Shown here piece after piece: positions 14,501 to 27,400 of a DNA stretch of 64,000 nucleotides. The translations under genes and the position numbers were made by a program. Each line of letters starts with the position of its first letter. Positions within the stretch are counted from its first letter, which is position 1. Source of the DNA: Lingula anatina (lineage: Eukaryota > Animalia > Brachiopoda). The notes under the pieces are model-generated. The model had not been told where the DNA came from. It ran no database searches and was given only the letters and a program-made list of their open reading frames with translations. The DNA lies in contig CM120648.1 of assembly GCA_051362555.1 (NCBI GenBank), forward strand, positions 17,604,587 through 17,668,586, given 5' to 3'.

Positions 14501-15157
14501 TACGATTAAATAGATGTGCAAGAAGGATTACGGAATGAGTTACTATTTACCCCCCCCCCCCCCCCCACGCGCCCTTCAAAAAATGCTCTTTTAATTTCGA
14601 AATGAATTTGTTTTTAACGCAAAGAAGTCCAATACCCCCTTCACGACTCAGTCATTGTACAGCATGTTATATTACTCTTTACACTTTTTATTTGACACTG
14701 TCTCTGTTTCTCTCCCCTTTTACTTTCTCTTGTTAGAAGGAGGGCAAATAATTAAGCATTCAAAATATGCATCACCAATCTTCAGAAAAGAATGAGTGAA
14801 TGAACCATTGGACTGGCCCACAACGTCCGACACAGCAGAATAAATTAAATAACAGCTTTCACAGATTTAACTGCATTTAGCTGTATAGCGCCACTATATA
14901 CCGGTACATAATCCGCTGCATGCGCGAAGCTGTTGAACAAAAGGATAGTTCTCTATGGAAGACCTTTTGTTTACATAAGTACTCTAAGAGGGCGTGCCTA
15001 ACCAGGCGACAAGAGGATTAGGCTAGTCACTATGTTCCGTCAAATTCGTTTAGCGACCCTATCATTATCACACTCCCTCTATTGTATTTTCTGACGTTAT
15101 AATTGTATCTAATCTTCTTACGTTAGATGGAATAAATGCACACATACATAATCTTAT
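11578..15157 (+). mobile_element. Diverged copy C of an unclassified ~4.2-kb interspersed repeat
   Basis: Collinear similarity to 24885-29261 (e.g. atagaagggggcggacaaacaatggag; gtcaaagcaagccttgcaga; cgcgaagctgttgaacaaaaggatagttc). The segment ~12900-13290 is inverted relative to copy A. Confidence 0.8.
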
Positions 15158-15261
15158 GACTGTATGTGGAAATACAGAAATGTCAGAGCCTCAGGCGGAT
15201 GAGAGTTAAAAGTCACAAATGCAAGTGTTTGAGAAAAATTTATAAGGGAAAACATAACAAA

Positions 15262-15450
15262 ACTAGAAAAGCGCTCCAAGAGTGCAGACCTCTGCCAAGG
15301 CAGCAATTGTTGATTTTTATTGATCATTGTCCTCTTTGGCCCACTTCTGACAGTTCCTGAAAATTTCAGCAAAATCGGTCCATAACTTTTTGAGTTATGT
15401 TGATGACAGACAAACAGGGGTGAAAATATAACCTCCTTGGCAGAGGTAAA
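15262..15450 (+). mobile_element. Short HINE/DINE-1-like element; further copy at 41267-41502 and a 3' fragment at 8681-8734
   Basis: actagaaaagc.ctcc..gag.gcaga.ctc.gccaagg ... acaggggtgaaaa.ataacctccttggc.gaggta, with a subterminal inverted repeat and a terminal hairpin. Confidence 0.7.
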
Positions 15451-15495
15451 TATAATTCCAATGAAGCTGCTATTCAAACTTTTAATCTTTGAGTT

Positions 15496-15497
<2 letters not shown>

Positions 15498-15569
<72 letters not shown>
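15498..15569. repeat. (TA)n microsatellite
   Basis: Direct reading; further (TA)n tracts at ~42356-42389 and ~59652-59706. Confidence 0.95.
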
Positions 15570-15576
<7 letters not shown>

Positions 15577-15749
15577 TTATTTGCAATATTAAACAAAATT
15601 TACCTGCATAATTATCACTGCTTCCTTATTATTAATCTAGCAGAGAGCTTAACCTTTGGGAGTTTACAGGGAAATATCAACAAGTGTGCTTTATGTAATC
15701 TCATTTAATGGCCTATTAAATAGGCCAAAATGACTTTATAACACTGAAA

Positions 15750-17390
15750 TTAGCTTTGTGATACCCAAGGGAAATTTACAGACTGACCCTCTCAAAGGTC
15801 TTTCAGGCCCATAAGTCACAACTTAAGAAAAGCACAAAACAATAATGCACAAAATAGGAGACTACCAATTCTGATGCAGTAATACATTATGTTTAACTGC
15901 ACAGTCAACATCAAATTTTAATTTTGCACAACAGGTAACACCGATGAAAGTAAAAGCATAAGGCTTCAGGCCCATCAGAGTTCAAGTTTATACTTAGAAA
16001 GTGCCAGAACGAGAACAATGAAAATTCACAAAATTGCATAAAATTCAATAATAAATGATAACCCAATTGACCTGGCAATCTAATTTGAACTGCATGCCAA
16101 TCCTAAAAATCATACTTATAAGTTAAATATAATAATAAGTAACACAGTTTTCTTTTCGTAATGTTTGCAGTAGCAGTGCAAAAAGATTATTGTCAATTTT
16201 GATGTAAAATTACATAATAAATTATAGAATAATTATCACCAATTTTTGATTATTGACTATAAATAGCATGGACATGTAGAAAATTTGATTACCATTCGGC
16301 TACATGTCCATAGGAGCTCAGAGTCCCACAATGAATATGCCAAAAAGATAATGAATATTTCACTAAAATGTATAACTTCCAGAAAAAGAAGCCAATTAGA
16401 CTGCTTTTCCAATTCGGGCTGCATTTTAGTCCTGTGTTTCTTTTTTGAAAGTTTGACAATCATAAGTAACACGGTTTTCCCATAATGGTCATCATGGCAG
16501 CAGCACCAAAAATTGTATTTTCTTCTATTTTGATGCAACATAACATAATGCTTAACGGCATAATGACCATCAATTTTTAAAAATAAAATATACGTGTCAT
16601 GGATTTTCAGAAAATGTGACTAGCATGGGTCTTCAAGCCCGTGGAGGTTCTAAGTCGCACCTTGAAAATGCCAATAAGAAAAAATTAAATGTTCACAAAA
16701 AACTGTTAAATTGCCAGAAAAATTTACCAAACAGACTGCATTGCCTACTGAAGCTGTATCTTAGACCCATGTTTCTTTCCTGTAAGTTTGAGAACAGTAA
16801 GTGACATGATTTCCCTTAAATGGTCATCATAGGAGCAGTGCCCAAAATAGGGGTTTCTTCAAATTTTGATGCAACATTACATAATATGTAACAGCATAAT
16901 GACCATCAAATTTTATTAATAAAATATTAGTAACATGGACATTCAGAAAACGTGACAAGCAAAAATCTTCAGGATCATGGAACTTCAAAGTCACACCTTG
17001 AAAATGCCAACATGTGAAAAATTAAATTTTCACAAAAAAACTGTTTAACTGCCAGAAAAAATTACCAAACAGACTGCACTGCCTACTAAAGCTGTATTTT
17101 AGTCCCATGTTTCTTTCCTGTAAGTTTGAAAACAGTAAGTGACATGGTTTTTCTTAAATGGTCATCATGGGAGCAGTGCCCAAAATAGGGGTTTCTTCAA
17201 ATTTTGATGCAATATTACATAATGTTTAACAGCATAATGACCATCAATTTTTAATCATAAAATATTAGTATCATGGATATTCAGAAAATGTGACTAGCAA
17301 AGGTCTGCAGGCTCATGGAACTTCAAAGTCACATCTTGAAAATGCCAAAATGTAAACAAGACAGCACTGTTCTTAAATGGGTTTATTTCC
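15750..17390. repeat. ~335-bp tandem repeat (about 5 units)
   Basis: ttttgatgcaa.att/aacataat recurs at ~15870, 16197, 16530, 16864 and 17202. Confidence 0.85.
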
Positions 17391-17398
17391 ATTTTTAA

Positions 17399-18429
17399 CC
17401 CTCAAGAGACCAAGCTATTTTGCTGACTGAAATGACCAAGTGGGGTCATCTATGACCCCATTGTGCTCTGTACAGGGATCCTTATTATTAAAGGCTGTTG
17501 AGGCTTTATCACACCCATACTACTCCCAGGATTTAAGACAAGTATTTTATAATGATCTAATGTAATAAGTATTTGGTAATAATACTTTTATTGCATGAAA
17601 TAACCAAGCACAGATTTTAAGAACAACATACACCGGTATTTAGACAGTCCTTGTCAGTTTCCACTTTCAGAAATATTTCTCTTTTTATTTGCCACACTAA
17701 ATGAAAAAAGTACATTACAAAATTACTTTTAGTAAAAATATTTTGATTTATGTTGAGATAGCATCCTGCTAACTTCAATAAGAATAATTAGCTGACTTGC
17801 TGAGTAGGGAATACCCTAATGCTGGTAAGGAAGTCATACTACTCAGAACACATTCAATCAACCTTCATGTATGTAATTACTACCACATCTGTGTATAAAA
17901 CAAAATCCACACAATTTGTTAATGTATGTATAATATGATATCGACAGAATTATTTAGATTTCCGAAATACCCGAAAATTGTAACCGTCAAAATGAGAGAC
18001 CCAGTTATGAGAACAAGTTCCAACAAAGCTACTGAAATTAGATTCAGCAATGCACTATTAGTAACACTTCAAGCACAATCTTCACAAACCACTTATTTGT
18101 GCCTATGTTTTGGGCACACTGGCTGGTTGCATGAAGCACATGTATGTGACATTTTCCTGTCAGTGTTGCGTGGGCAAACATTTGAATAAAATTTAAAAAC
18201 TAATATGTAAAAACCAATGCTTCTCTTTGGGGTCATAAATGACCCCACAAGAGTTTTTGATGTATACGCCACACTAATTGGTTGATCCCTACAAAAAACT
18301 GTGAAAGTGTGTAGGATTAGTAGACTGACAAACTCATGCAAGGAAAGAAAATTCGAATAAAAAATAAAGAGATGGCACATTAAATCATATGGCTGGGGTC
18401 GTAAATGACCCCACTCGGTCACTTGAGGG
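17399..18429 (-). mobile_element. Internally deleted piggyBac element retaining the C-terminal Cys-rich domain
   Basis: TTAA|CCCTCAAG...CTTGAGGG|TTAA with subterminal ggggtcat..atgacccc palindromes. The minus strand encodes VCPRNTDRKMSHTCASCNQPVCPKH, followed by CEDC. Confidence 0.88.
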
Positions 18430-18779
18430 TTAACATTTTTTTAACATAAAACAAAATGAACAGTTTGTTGCCATTTTTATATGACCAACTAAGAAAATTG
18501 ATGAGATGGGAAAAATATCAATAGAATAGTGTTAAATGTCCAATTTCCTCCATTCTGAGATTCTGAACATAGTGGATGATTGAATCTGACAAACTGCAAT
18601 GTATTAGTTTATTCCCATTTTTGACACTTTATTACACAATACACGATAATAAGTTTACCATCATTTTTACATAATCAATTAACAATATTGCAAAGATGCA
18701 GGAAATATCAAACAAACACTTTTACATATCTTATTAGTTAAATAATGAGACTGTTAACATGCCTAAGAATTGAATCTGA

Positions 18780-19410
18780 GGAAATGTGAAAAACAGCATA
18801 ACTTCTTAAATAAAGGCCCGATTATGCTGATTTTCGAACTCAGCCTGCGTTTTAGTCAGTTTGACTACACCTGTGAGTATAATGACAATTGGCCAATCTG
18901 TTTTTCTTATATTGTGTTATTAGTGTTGCATATATGCTGAAAAAAAGTGAAAAAACAGCGTAACTTCCCTAAAAATGACCCGATCATGCTGATTTTCGAA
19001 CTTGACCTGCAGATTATGAATATTCATCAGTTTTGTAAGTTTCAAGCCAAAAAGTAAAATGGTTTTCCACTTATTGTGTTATCGGTGCTGCATATATGCT
19101 GAAAAAAGGGTAAAAACAGCATAAATTCCCTAAAAATGACCCGATCATGCTGATTTTCGAACTTGACCTGCGTAATATGAATATTCATCAGTTTTGTAAG
19201 TTTCAAGCCAAAAAGTAAAATGCTTTTCCACTTATTGTGTTATCGGTGCTGCATATATGCTGAAAAAAGGGAAAAAACAGCATAAATTCCCTAAAAATGA
19301 CCCGATCATGCTGATTTTCGAACTTGGCCTGCGTATTATGAATATTCATCAGTTCTGCAAGTTTAAAGCCAAAAGCAAAAACGTTTTTCCATTTATCGTG
19401 TTATCGGTAA
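18780..19410. repeat. ~160-bp tandem repeat (about 4 units)
   Basis: gacccgatcatgctgattttcgaacttg recurs at ~18818, 18977, 19138 and 19299. Confidence 0.9.
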
Positions 19411-19416
19411 AAGTGC

Positions 19417-19448
<32 letters not shown>

Positions 19449-20949
19449 AGACGCAGATGATGGCTATATGTACAGACACATCTGTGTCTGTACATAAAAA
19501 TCGGAAATCATTTTAATTTTGGAGCAATATAAAGAGTAAAATAATAGAACAATACAATAAATAAATAAATATGAATATGATTATAAGGAATGAATATGAT
19601 TACAAGGAATGAATTTTTTAGCCTTTCAGAGGAGGAACTGGTTGATACACCCCTTCAAGCACGAAGGAGAGAACAGGTATGTTAATAATTTTAGCAATAC
19701 ACCAGGTAACAGGGGCGGATCCAGGATTATTTGAAGTGGGGGGGTGGGGGGGAGGGGGGGGGGGTCCGCGGATGCAAAGCCGACCATCTAGTTGCCGTGG
19801 GGTTCTGGGTCCGCTTAAAATTTTTGCTATTTTAGAGGGCGAACAGTGCCATTTGGTATGGTTTAGTACTATCGATTAGCTTGTCAAAATTCTAATTGCA
19901 AATGGGGAATATTAGTGTGATTTTTTTTTACATCAGTTCTTTAAAACCATGTGTCATTATGTTATTTCTTCTTGTGGCCTTTATGATCTAATGCAGCTAT
20001 AGCTATTTAAATTTAATTATTTTGTGCCATAATCAGACTAACTTCTTTATCAAAAGCTGGTTATCATGTAGTGATCATGCCCTCTAATTTGTTAATTTTT
20101 GTTAAAGAATAGTGCTGTTATGATAATATCAATACATTTTTTCTTTATAACCATTTTATGTAATTTTACTATTACAGTGCCTCAAGTTATATCTGGAAAA
20201 CTCAACACCAGGAAGCACTCCAATCTTACAATACTGCTTCACTTCAATGTCGGCGTGACAAGTTGTGCAAAAGACTGCTACAAAAAATGTGCACTAATGA
20301 CCACATAATCCACCACCTTTTACCAAAACTGAGTGAACAGTTTTATATTATAATGCCCACGTATTTTAAGTGCCAAGACTGAGATCACAGAGAGCCTCAA
20401 GGACTTTTATTTTCTGGGCATTGTCAACTCTTCAATAATTTAAGAATTTTGCCAAATACATCCAAAGATTCAATTCTCATGCAATTCTTGAAAACTTTTT
20501 TAGAATATATTTTAATGTCGAACATGTTTTTTCTAAGAACTAGGCCTTTAGTAAATTAACAACATGTACTATCCAACTGTTATTATTATTAACATATTGT
20601 TATGTACAAAGCATAAGCTGCAGTATCAATGTAACATTAACTGGGTAGAGATTATGAATTAAATAAAAGTTTAAATATTGAAACATCTTTTATTTATATT
20701 TCAAATATTTGGCAAAAATACAAGAATAAAGTTTGCTACATAAGTTTGGAATTTGGCCAAATCATCTTTATTATTACCTGTCACATGTAATGAATAAGAC
20801 ATACACAGATTTTGCAAGCTAGAATGCATAATTATTTTCGTACTTATTAATGCTTTCTTCATAAATAAGCCTTCCATTCAAGCATTCACAAACTTTCACA
20901 TTGTGCAGTACACTATAGTATGGTAACATTTTAGAGAGAGACTTATTAA

Positions 20950-23838
20950 CAGCCGGGCTATCATGTTAAGAGTCTGATGTACATGCAGACCCATGAGGAT
21001 TGCAGATCAACAAATTATCCCCCTCTCTGTCAGTGTATTGACTCACGTGAGCTGACACAAAAATCTCCATGCAAAGGGATGTGTCATGAGAAAGGACTAA
21101 CCCCACTTACACAAACATAAATTGTTTCATCAGAAGTTATTCACACATACTTTTCCAAGATGTGCAGGGAATAAATAGAAAGGTATAAATATTTCTTTAA
21201 AAAATACAGGCTTCCCTGCATGAATTCTAAATAATGGCTTTGTGGAGAATTGAATACAGGCACAAGTGTTCACTCAAACCATTTTTGTAGGTCTTAAAAG
21301 AAATGACATACAGTCACTTGCCAAATACAGAATTTTATGCTGGAACAAAGTCACAAAACTGCAACTGGTGATCTTACAAAATCTGACAACACACTGGTTT
21401 AAAATCAAGTTGAAGTCACAATATGCCACCAGTACCATATTCCATAATACATTTGATGTCATCTAGATTTAAGAAGTAAATGCTGGACCAAAATGGTTTA
21501 TTCTCAATATCAGGCATATGACTTAGTTTTGGGAGGAAAGACCACCTTGATTTCCAATCTGTCTGCATTATAGCATACATGTCAGTGCTAGATGGTTTGA
21601 AGTCAGCAGATTATGCTTTGTCACATTGGCAAGATGAGTTCACTGAATATATCCTGTAAGCAGCACTCGAAAGTCAGGAAAAGTCTCTCACTATCCAACT
21701 CGTCGCCACTTTGGACCCTCAAGAAAAGTTCCTCTTTTTTTGGTGGAGAGCCATGGAGTTCCTCTTCCATGTAAAAAACTCTTCTTCAGGACATCATACT
21801 GGCAGTTGTTCATAACCTTAAGGTCTAAAAAAGCAAATCAAAATAATAATAATCATAATAATAATTTATTAAGATTGCAACCCAGTGGGTTGAAGTTGTA
21901 CATAGTGTTAAGAAAATTATAATGAAAATAAAGTGAATATTTGCTTGAATAAAACTGAGTTAAAAGACTGCTAATTGAACTTTAAAATTATTGTACTTAG
22001 GATAAAAGACAACATAATACTATTGGAAATTTAAAAGTGCATATGGAATAAAAGAGCATCGGAATCTGTCGGTCTTAAATTGTGGCACTTTGTTACTATT
22101 GTTTGATCTTAAAAGACGATTGGATTGCTCAATAAAGATGTGATTCAGTTTGTCAGAGGATTCAGTTATTTTGTAAAAGAAAGTTTTGAACAGATCTCTT
22201 CATTTATCTAAAGTACACATATTTGCCAAGTTCAGGGTTTCATCATAGTGTAGGTCAGGGAAAATAATCTTCAAAGCACGAGTTTGGTCAGTCTCTAAGA
22301 GTTTGCATTGCTCTATAGTTAGTCCTGGATGCCACAACGGGCAGGCATATTCTATAATTCAGTGCACAATACTTTGGTAAAGCTTAGCTCGTTTCAGTTG
22401 ATGGAAGAAATAGAGTCTTGCATTATGTTTACATTATGTGTTGCCAATTTGGAAAAAAATTGATAAAAGAGAAATCATGCACCTATAATGCCTAATATAT
22501 GATGAGTGAATATCAGCTTATTAAAATTCTGCTTACTCTAAAGACATGTTTTAGTCCCATGTTGGATCATCAGGATCCTTTAATTCCCTCTTCTTCAGCA
22601 TCTTCCTCTTCTTCCATCTGCACTTCTTCCAGTTCAGGCATCCCATAGGAAAAAGTTACCTTGATACTGCAACCAAAAAAAAGCAACAGTACATAAAATT
22701 AAGATAATCAAGTTTGAGAAAAATCATGTAAAAACATAACTGAAATAAGTATAAAATTCAACTGAAATAAGTATAAATGCCATTTTTCTCAATATGATCA
22801 CCTTAAATTATCTATACTGTCATCTTCAACTGCACTAGTATTAACTACAACTTAATTTTGAAGTTTCTTGATCACTTCATATTGGTTTAATCTCCGAAAT
22901 ACTGGTTGGACTCTAAAGTTAAAATTGTATGATCTAATTTATTACTCTGGACTATTTATCCATTTACAGATGTACTAAACATAAACATGCAATATCCCCT
23001 TTCTGATTTATTTATTTATTTATTTTTAATGTAAAAAGGAAACTTAATTGCCTTAAGAATATAAAATCAAAATACTATTCAAAGATATTTTCTATTATAG
23101 TTGACATGCCATTTAAAACTGAGTTAAACTTATATACAATAACAGCTTCTGCAAATTCATTTTGGGATTAAGATGCCTAAAGAAATAGCATCTTGGTCAT
23201 ACGTCTTAATTACTGTGTTTTGTATGCCCAGATGTAAGAGGCACAAGAAATGTGCCCTCGGTAAGTCAACAATTCGCCCCGGCCATGGTAATGTACATGT
23301 AATGAAACCAGTATCTCCCACCATGTCCATTTCCATTTAAACTTTCTTTGCTGTATAAACTTACCCAAACCCTGTCAGAGTCGACATATGAGCAACACTT
23401 GTAATTCCTGTTATCGATACCACTCATATCGATTAGTTACAATTTCATGGCATATTTTGACAGACCAGCCTGACAATCGTTAAGAAATACAACGAACACA
23501 CGTAAATAAACATTAATATCTGTGCTTAATAAATATTTTGACTGGTGTCTTATCTCAAACATAATTGTACTGAGTAAATGGTACTCACAAATCCAGTAAA
23601 TACTTCGCGGCCAGGCGATCCTTCGTATCCATGGCCATCCATGCAAGCAGGTTAATTTTCATCTGCCTTCTTCCTCGCCGGTGTTTATTGTTTGCCTGTC
23701 GTACATTTGCTGATACACTGTTTTACGCGCATTTTATTTTTCTGGTGTTGACTTTTGTAAAGAGTGTTTCCATTTTCTTTTTGTTATCTTTCTTCCCTTC
23801 TTCGATGGAGTCTCAACTAATTCAGCCTCCTGTTCCAT
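20950..23838 (-). pseudogene. Degenerate spliced gene relic, possibly a Kolobok-type transposase
   Basis: ATG at 23838 (MEQEAELVETPSKKGRK...MYDRQTINTGEE...AAKYLLD|gtgagt). Further exon-like blocks at ~23363-23408, ~22540-22666 (acidic, DPDDPTW) and ~21600-21822 (ERLFLTFECCL). Contains stops and frameshifts. Family assignment is tentative. Confidence 0.4.
21990..22445 (-). mobile_element. CR1/L2-group LINE 3' fragment
   Basis: Minus strand reads ARLYFFHQLKRA...IEYACPLWHPGLT...RALKIIFPDLHYDETL, a typical post-RT motif. Confidence 0.7.
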
Positions 23839-23885
23839 GTGCTTTCCCGGCAGCTTGAACTATTTTTAACTAGGTCGCAATACGA

Positions 23886-23908
23886 GAATCTCGCGATATC
23901 CGGAAGTC
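23886..23908. promoter_or_regulatory. TCTCGCGA-type palindrome plus ETS CCGGAAGT upstream of the relic gene
   Basis: aatctcgcgatatccggaagt lies about 50 bp from ATG 23838. Confidence 0.35.
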
Positions 23909-24403
23909 TAGAGAGCTCAATGATGAAAATGGAGGTGGTTGTTGGTAAACCTCCGCTTAAGCGGAGGTTTTCTTTTTATTGTATTTTCCAAAAATGTTAC
24001 AGAGCGATGGCGAGTGCCGGGAATGATAGATTAAAGGTTGGTAAATCGCGGAAAAGTAGTGTTAACCTCGGGATAAATCAGGATAAATCAATTTTGGCGC
24101 GAAAATCCTCTTATGTGTCCTTTTAACCACTGCTGACTTCCTATCTTTCAAAGGTTTCTGTGAGACCAGATTTCCAAGATATTTTACTTTTTTCAATATT
24201 TTTCTAAAAAGTTTTTTCACATTGTTTTTATCAATTTCTCTTTTCTACCAAGTAGCTTAAATGCACTTCATGGCTCCATTTTAATTCTTTTTGTCAATTA
24301 ATGAGATTCAAAAGTTTTTGTTCACACCCAAAGGCCGTTAGATGCCATATCTTACTTCCACCAAGGCTGCTCTACAACAATATAAGGATATTCTTGCGAG
24401 ATG

Positions 24404-27400
24404 AACATATAACAGCGTTTTCACCTTATTAGACAGCATATTCCTGATAAACTGCTGTAAAGTATTCACATTAGTCATTTTCATATTTTGCGGATATAAG
24501 AAGTGCTCATGACAGGCACCGCGCGCCACAGGGGTCTCTGTAAACTTCTGCTGTGAACAGCAAGACATTGGTATGTGATAGTGACATACCAAGTGCTTGT
24601 ATAAGAAATCCGTTTGAAGCGTGCATAGCGCGAGAAATAAAAAGGTTGCTAAAGCACAGAACAATTAAATGTTTTATTTCTCAGTTTAAATATGTTACGC
24701 TGTACAACTTGACTTCACCTAAGTGTCCTAGCCTTGACTGCACTTTTTTCTTAGTAATAAAAGACTATACCAATGCTTTCGGACTCGGCTATGAATATTT
24801 GTGAAACAGACGCATTATATTTGTTTTAAAATCAAAGAAGTCAACAAAAACGTACCCAGCTTTATCTGGTGTATGGACAGGTACCAGTGGTCGGAATAAT
24901 TTTGTTTCCATTGTACACCGGTGTAACAACGTTCGAAATGTTTTAATCCCTATCTTGAGAATAGAAGGGGGCGGACAAACAATGGAGGGCCGTGTAAATC
25001 CCTTCAAAATTCGAACGCACAAACACAGTAGCTTAGGTGGAATAACACAATACTTAATACGAGTGAACCCCATGACGCCGGTTTCTGTGGCCCAGCGCGA
25101 GCTTGAAAATCCGCTGTAACTAGGTGTAATTAACAGCAGGATACATCAGACAGAAGGTCCCTATTGTTTGTTGTGGCGATAGGATTATAGCTTGAAGAGG
25201 CTAAACCCATGCTAAGGCATGCCACGCGAAGCGAACTGTCCTTTTGTTCACTAGTTTGACACGCGCAGCTGGTTTTTAGTGTTGCTAACATCCTATATGA
25301 AATTTCCGCAGTCAAAAATTGTACTAATTATTGTTTGTTTGGTTGAAATGCATGAGCGTCAGCATCAATCTGTCTCAAAAAATTCCTATTGCATTAATTT
25401 ATAAATATATAATTTATTTATGTACTTACGTTTTAATTTGAAATATCTGTATTCAAGCGTTCAAGTATTTATAAAACATGAATGATAATGAAAGAGGAAT
25501 AAGGAAATAACATATTATTTATATTATCCTTATATTATAATATTGAAATTAAATGAGGTGCATTGACATAGGCGCAATGACAATCCAACTACAACGTGCA
25601 ACAGGGGGAAGTCTGGCTGTATGATCATACAATATACGAAAGTACGGTCAATTAAAATTGTAAATCATCAGTTAAAGAGGAGGGGGTCTTACTATAGCTC
25701 GCTATCTATTGTTAAACCCGACTGTTATTATCTCTCGGACAAGCGTAAAGCATGCCTATACAATTACTGTGTCTCCGTCTGCCGTTCAGAAACACCATGT
25801 CGAACATATTTTGCTACAGTGAGAAACATGGTACACTAGCGACTTGTTTTAGATCACTCAAGAAAGGATGCATACGTGCGACACCAGAGGAAAAACAATC
25901 AAGTATGCATCTGATCCATTAATAGTAATTGCACAGTGCATGTTACTAGACCTTTGTCCTAACTCGGTAGTAAGGAATAGGATGTTTGGATAAAAAGCTT
26001 CTATTCAACTCGCTTAGACATAGGGCGTGATGCTATCATCCGATGAAACACGTAACTGAACCCTCTACCTGAACCTGAAGTCCCTTTAGCTGAAACAAAA
26101 ACTGCCCCTTGAACATGTCCATTTTTTAATCGTCAAATGATTTGTGATTTCATTGAACGTCTTTGATCGAAAGCTTTCAAGTGACAATAACCGAACCGTG
26201 TGTTGATTATTTATTAAAGCGTAATTAAGTTTATTCAACATTATCTATTTTGTAAACGATACTTGCCAAGATTGAGCTTGGATTGATCACCGTCACTATT
26301 TAGCTACTCGCCTATAATGCGTGCTGAACGACAGACAACTTAAAAATATTATCTGTGTAACTGTGCAAATGAACGCATTTAGTTAAAATATAACGAAGCC
26401 GGCATTTAATCCATCGAACATATTTATATTTGTTCTTTTAAAACCAGTGTAAGGTTAACGCCAAGTCAAAGCAAGCCTTGCAGACTGGTTTTGTTTAAAC
26501 TGTTGTGCATCAAGTAAAGCTAAGTAAAGCCTGTTTCTACTTCGCAGTGTTCATCCCAGCCATAAAACTGCATGTAGGATAATAAGACTCCGTAGACCTG
26601 TGCTTCAGGTTTCCAGGAGTCCCGTGTAACACAATAATATCGAAGGCCTGAGAGTAATACATATATGAGGCCGTGTATGAAAGATTTAACAAATTAGAAA
26701 TTCAAGAATTTAAACATGCCAGGTACATACACATCACTTAATAAGTCATTTCACAAAAATCGCATCTAATTGTTAAGATTAACCGTTACTTTTATCGATC
26801 TCATCCCATTGTCTCAACCACCTAAAAGAAATATAGAGAACATGAGGAAAAGTAACACGTTTACATGCAGGCGAAGGAGTTATACTTCAATATTAATCGC
26901 GAACAATATCAACAGCGACTAAAGACCGTTGCCTGTCTTTCACACTTTTACACAAACACACGAAGGTTTAATAAAGGGAGTCGCGGCGCGATATCTATCT
27001 CTTTCATTCGAACAAGCAAAGGGCTGACCCGAAGTAAGCTTTCTATACTAATGTCCTTTTTATTGTATATGTAATTACTCTACTTGCTCGCCTCCATTGT
27101 CTTGTAAAAGTGACAAAGAATGTATTGTATTCACACACGAGTTGAAAGAACTTTGCATAACTCCTTTGCCTTGTTGCATAATGTCTTTCTCAAGGTTATA
27201 ATCAGTGTGAAGAGGGTGTCTTGCCTCATTTAAAAAGGGTGTTGTCCTTCATACTGGTTGTTGCTTAACTTATGCTAATCTTAAACTTTTATGTACCAAT
27301 ATGGTTTTAATAAATCGCCAAAATTATGAATTTAATGAACATTGTGTATCAAACGTTTTGATACGATTTAAATAAATGGACGAGGAGGATTACGGTATTA

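Larger units (their letters stand above)
11115..19496. mobile_element. Non-autonomous Helentron-type (HINE/DINE-1-like) element with internal satellite arrays, expanded by nested insertions
   Basis: Left end aacaag + hairpin gcagc-aaa-gctgt + atgtacagaca (11137-11147). Right end is a 14-bp-arm hairpin tatgtacagacaca-tc-tgtgtctgtacata (19467-19496). The internal ~335-bp unit is present at both 11190 and 15870-17350. Confidence 0.6.
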
